This document shows positions 61,208 to 64,000 of a stretch of 64,000 nt of DNA, one piece after another. Position numbers and translations under genes: made by a program. Source of the DNA: Dipteris shenzhenensis (Eukaryota); the NCBI GenBank assembly GCA_047967505.1, contig CM106538.1; one strand, written 5' to 3'. Positions within the stretch are counted from its first letter, which is position 1, and each line of letters starts with the position of its first letter. The notes under the pieces were generated by a model. The model worked only from the letters and a program-made list of their open reading frames with translations. It searched no databases and was not told where the DNA came from.

Positions 61208-64000
61208 TGTCACACAACTATTCTCTACACTAGCCTCTACTGCAGATCACGGGAGTAGCACCCTGATTCTCCTCCCAGCCTATTCTGCCAAGACTTCCAA
61301 GCAAGAGAGAGATCTACATTCGAAATCACATAAAAATCAATTCCTTCTCTTCTCTCACTAGCCTTAGCAAACCCCAAATCCCTAGATAGATCTAGATGCC
61401 ACATGTCATCCATATAGGGCCTTCCTAATGCAACATTTCACCCCTCTCTTGGGATGCTTTCAATTCCTTGCCCCTAGGCACAATCTTTGCACTAGGCCCT
61501 TGGTCTCAGATCTATCTAGTCTGGTGCTATCAGCCCTCACCTAGGACCTTGACATTAAATCCCTCCCGATCATTTACATGAAGCGCAAACACATATATTA
61601 CAAAGATAGATCCTTTAAGGGAAATGTCGACTGATTCTTCCGAGGTCATGCTACCTCGGCTAGAGCGTAACATTCCTTCCCTCTTCAGACATCAGCGTCC
61701 TCGATGATAAAGTCTGGGAACACTCTCCGCAACTGATATACGGATTCCCAGGTAGCTTCGGATAGAGGTTGACCATGCCATGCAACCAACACCGTGGGTA
61801 TCTTCCGATTTCGTATTTGCATTGTTCCTCGGTCCAGGATTCTTGTTGGTTTGTGCCTTGCAATATCCTCTATCTCCTGAAACAAAACCACACCTTCGAT
61901 TAGTGAGTCACCAGTATGTAAAAATTTCTTTAAACGTGAAACATGAAAAACCGGGTGCACCTTACACCCCTGTGGCAATTCTAATTTATAGGCTACACTG
62001 CCTATTCTCTTTAGAATTAACCACGGCCCACAGTATCGAGGTGATAACTTAGCACACTCTCCTGAAGTCAACGACTTCGAGTGCGAAGGAATTATGAGAA
62101 AAACTTTTTCTCCTTCTTCAAATACTCTTATAGACCAATTTTCATCCGCATACACTTTGGCTCTATCCATAGCCTGGCGGATATTAGCTCTCGCAAGTAC
62201 TAGCATCTCGCGCATCTGAACTACAAAGTTCGCGGCACTAGGCACTTTCTGAGGTACTCCAACTATAGTTGGATTGGCTGGCCTATAACCATAGTTCAGT
62301 TCAAACGGACTGAACCCAGTAGATGAATGTTTCCTATCATTGTAGGCAAACTCCAACAATGGCAACCACTTGTCCCATGTATGTTGCCTCAATGACACAT
62401 ATGCCCTCAGCATATCCTCTAAAATCTGGTTGACTCTCTCCGTCTGACCATCCGTCTCAGGATGATCCCCACTACTCATTCCCAACTCAGTCCTTAGTGT
62501 CTCAAATACCGCTGTCCAAAAGTGACCGGTAAACCTGACATCTCTGTCTGACACTATGGATCTAGGCAATCCATGCAGACGAAATATATGTCTAATAAAC
62601 AAATCCGCTACTTGCGGGGCACTAACAGACTCTCTAGTCGGAATGAAGTGAGCCATCTTGGTTAGACGATCAACCACCACAAGGATAGAATTATACCCTC
62701 CTTGTGTTACAGGTAGCCCTGCAATAAAATCCATGGAAATGCTCTCCCACTTAGTGGTATTTCCAAGGGCTGTAAAAGTCCGGGTGGCTTCACCCGCTCG
62801 GCCTTACTTACCTGACACGAGAAACACCGTGTCACATACTCATGAATATGCTTTTTCATCTTTGGCCAAAAGAAATCTCGCTTCACGAGATCATATGTCT
62901 TCTCGACTCCTGGATGTCCCGCACACGGGCTATCATGGCATTGTCGAATGACTCTCTGCCTGAGATCATTCTGACCAGGTACTACAACCTTGCCATTTCT
63001 AACTAGCATACCATCCCTTATGGTATATCTTGCATGAGTTTGGCCTTTTCTGGATGCCAGGTCATCCTTTTTATTTTCCCCGGGTTTTAACACATGAGCC
63101 TTAGGCCATAAGCTCTGGACAAACTCGTCCACCTTCTGAGTTTCTCTGATCTCGGTCATTAGAGTACTCTCTAATACCGTGAAACTCAGGTTGTGCATAA
63201 TGCGAGACAACGCATCAGCTACCTTATTGTCTTTTCCTCTTCGGTACCGAATCGTTAGATTAAATTCCTGCATGAGCTCTGCCCACCTAGCTTGGCGGCC
63301 CCTCAAGTCAGGCTGTTTACAGAAATGTTTCAGAGTATTATGATCCACATCCACATAAAACTCTGAACCATACAGATAATGCCTCCATGTTTTCAAAGCA
63401 TGGATAACCGCATACAACTCCAATTCATGAGTTGGCCAATTCCTTTGAGAGGGAGAAAGCTTCTTGCTTTCGAAGGCTACTGGCCTTCCCTCTTGAAGGA
63501 GGACTGCTCCTACCGCAATGCCACTTGCATCGGTTTCTAGGAACAACGGTTTCTGGGGATCAACTATTTTTAACACCGGTCCTGTGACCACAGCTTGTTT
63601 TATGGTGTTAAAACTTTCCTGTTGATTCTGTCCCCAAACAAAAGGTACTTTATCTGAGGTCAGATCAGTCAATGGCGATACTATTCCGGAATATCCTTTG
63701 ATATGCCTTCTATAAAACTGGACAAATCCCAAGAATGATCGCAACGCGGTCAGACTCTGAGGGATTGGCCAAGTTAGTATCGCAGCCACTTTCTTCGGAT
63801 CCATTTCTACCCCCTGTGGAGTAATTATGAACCCTAAGTACTCAAGCCTAACCATACACAGTATAGTTTTCTTTTTATTCACGTAAAGACTGGCTTTCCT
63901 CAAAGTACTGAACACTATTCTTAAGTGTTCACGATGCTCAGTAACACTTTTACTGAATATCAGGATGTCGTCAATAAAATGTACTACGAACTTTTCGATA
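61208..64000 (-). mobile_element. Second chromovirus-type Gypsy (3' LTR 61208-61672, PPT, partial pol running off the window)
   Basis: FIDDILIFS at the window end; RNaseH and integrase (frameshift near 62750); GPW; chromodomain LVAWHG...EATWE; PPT rc gaagagggaaggaa. Confidence 0.92.

Noticed and set aside
42819-64000. Next alpha-mannosidase exon
   Set aside because: No convincing candidate found by eye; a short divergent exon cannot be excluded
4468-64000. Antisense orientation bias of intronic TEs
   Set aside because: Several large elements are sense (9463, 27270, 44298, 56670, 59653); the counts are too few and mixed

Overview
Eukaryotic plant-like genomic DNA. The very long, transposon-filled introns suggest a large-genome non-flowering plant such as a fern (inference only). 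The one host gene is a + strand GH38 (lysosomal/vacuolar-type) alpha-mannosidase. Twelve internal exons (1230 nt, 410 codons, frame intact) lie between 2629 and 42818, and both gene ends fall outside the window. Its large introns are about 10.4 kb (GC-AG), 5.6 kb, 21.4 kb and >21 kb, and are built mostly of nested retroelements. These include: two complete gag-only LTR elements (TR-GAG-like) plus a scrambled derivative; a non-coding three-LTR element; a full-length chromovirus-type Gypsy and a second partial one; a pol-less Athila/Tat-like element with tandem arrays and extra 3' ORFs; about nine fragments of one L1-like LINE family and one of a second; Copia remnants; an orphan L1-ORF1p-like ORF; and a possible Sola2-like transposase relic. 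Boundaries were read by eye. Family names come from motif recognition, not database searches.
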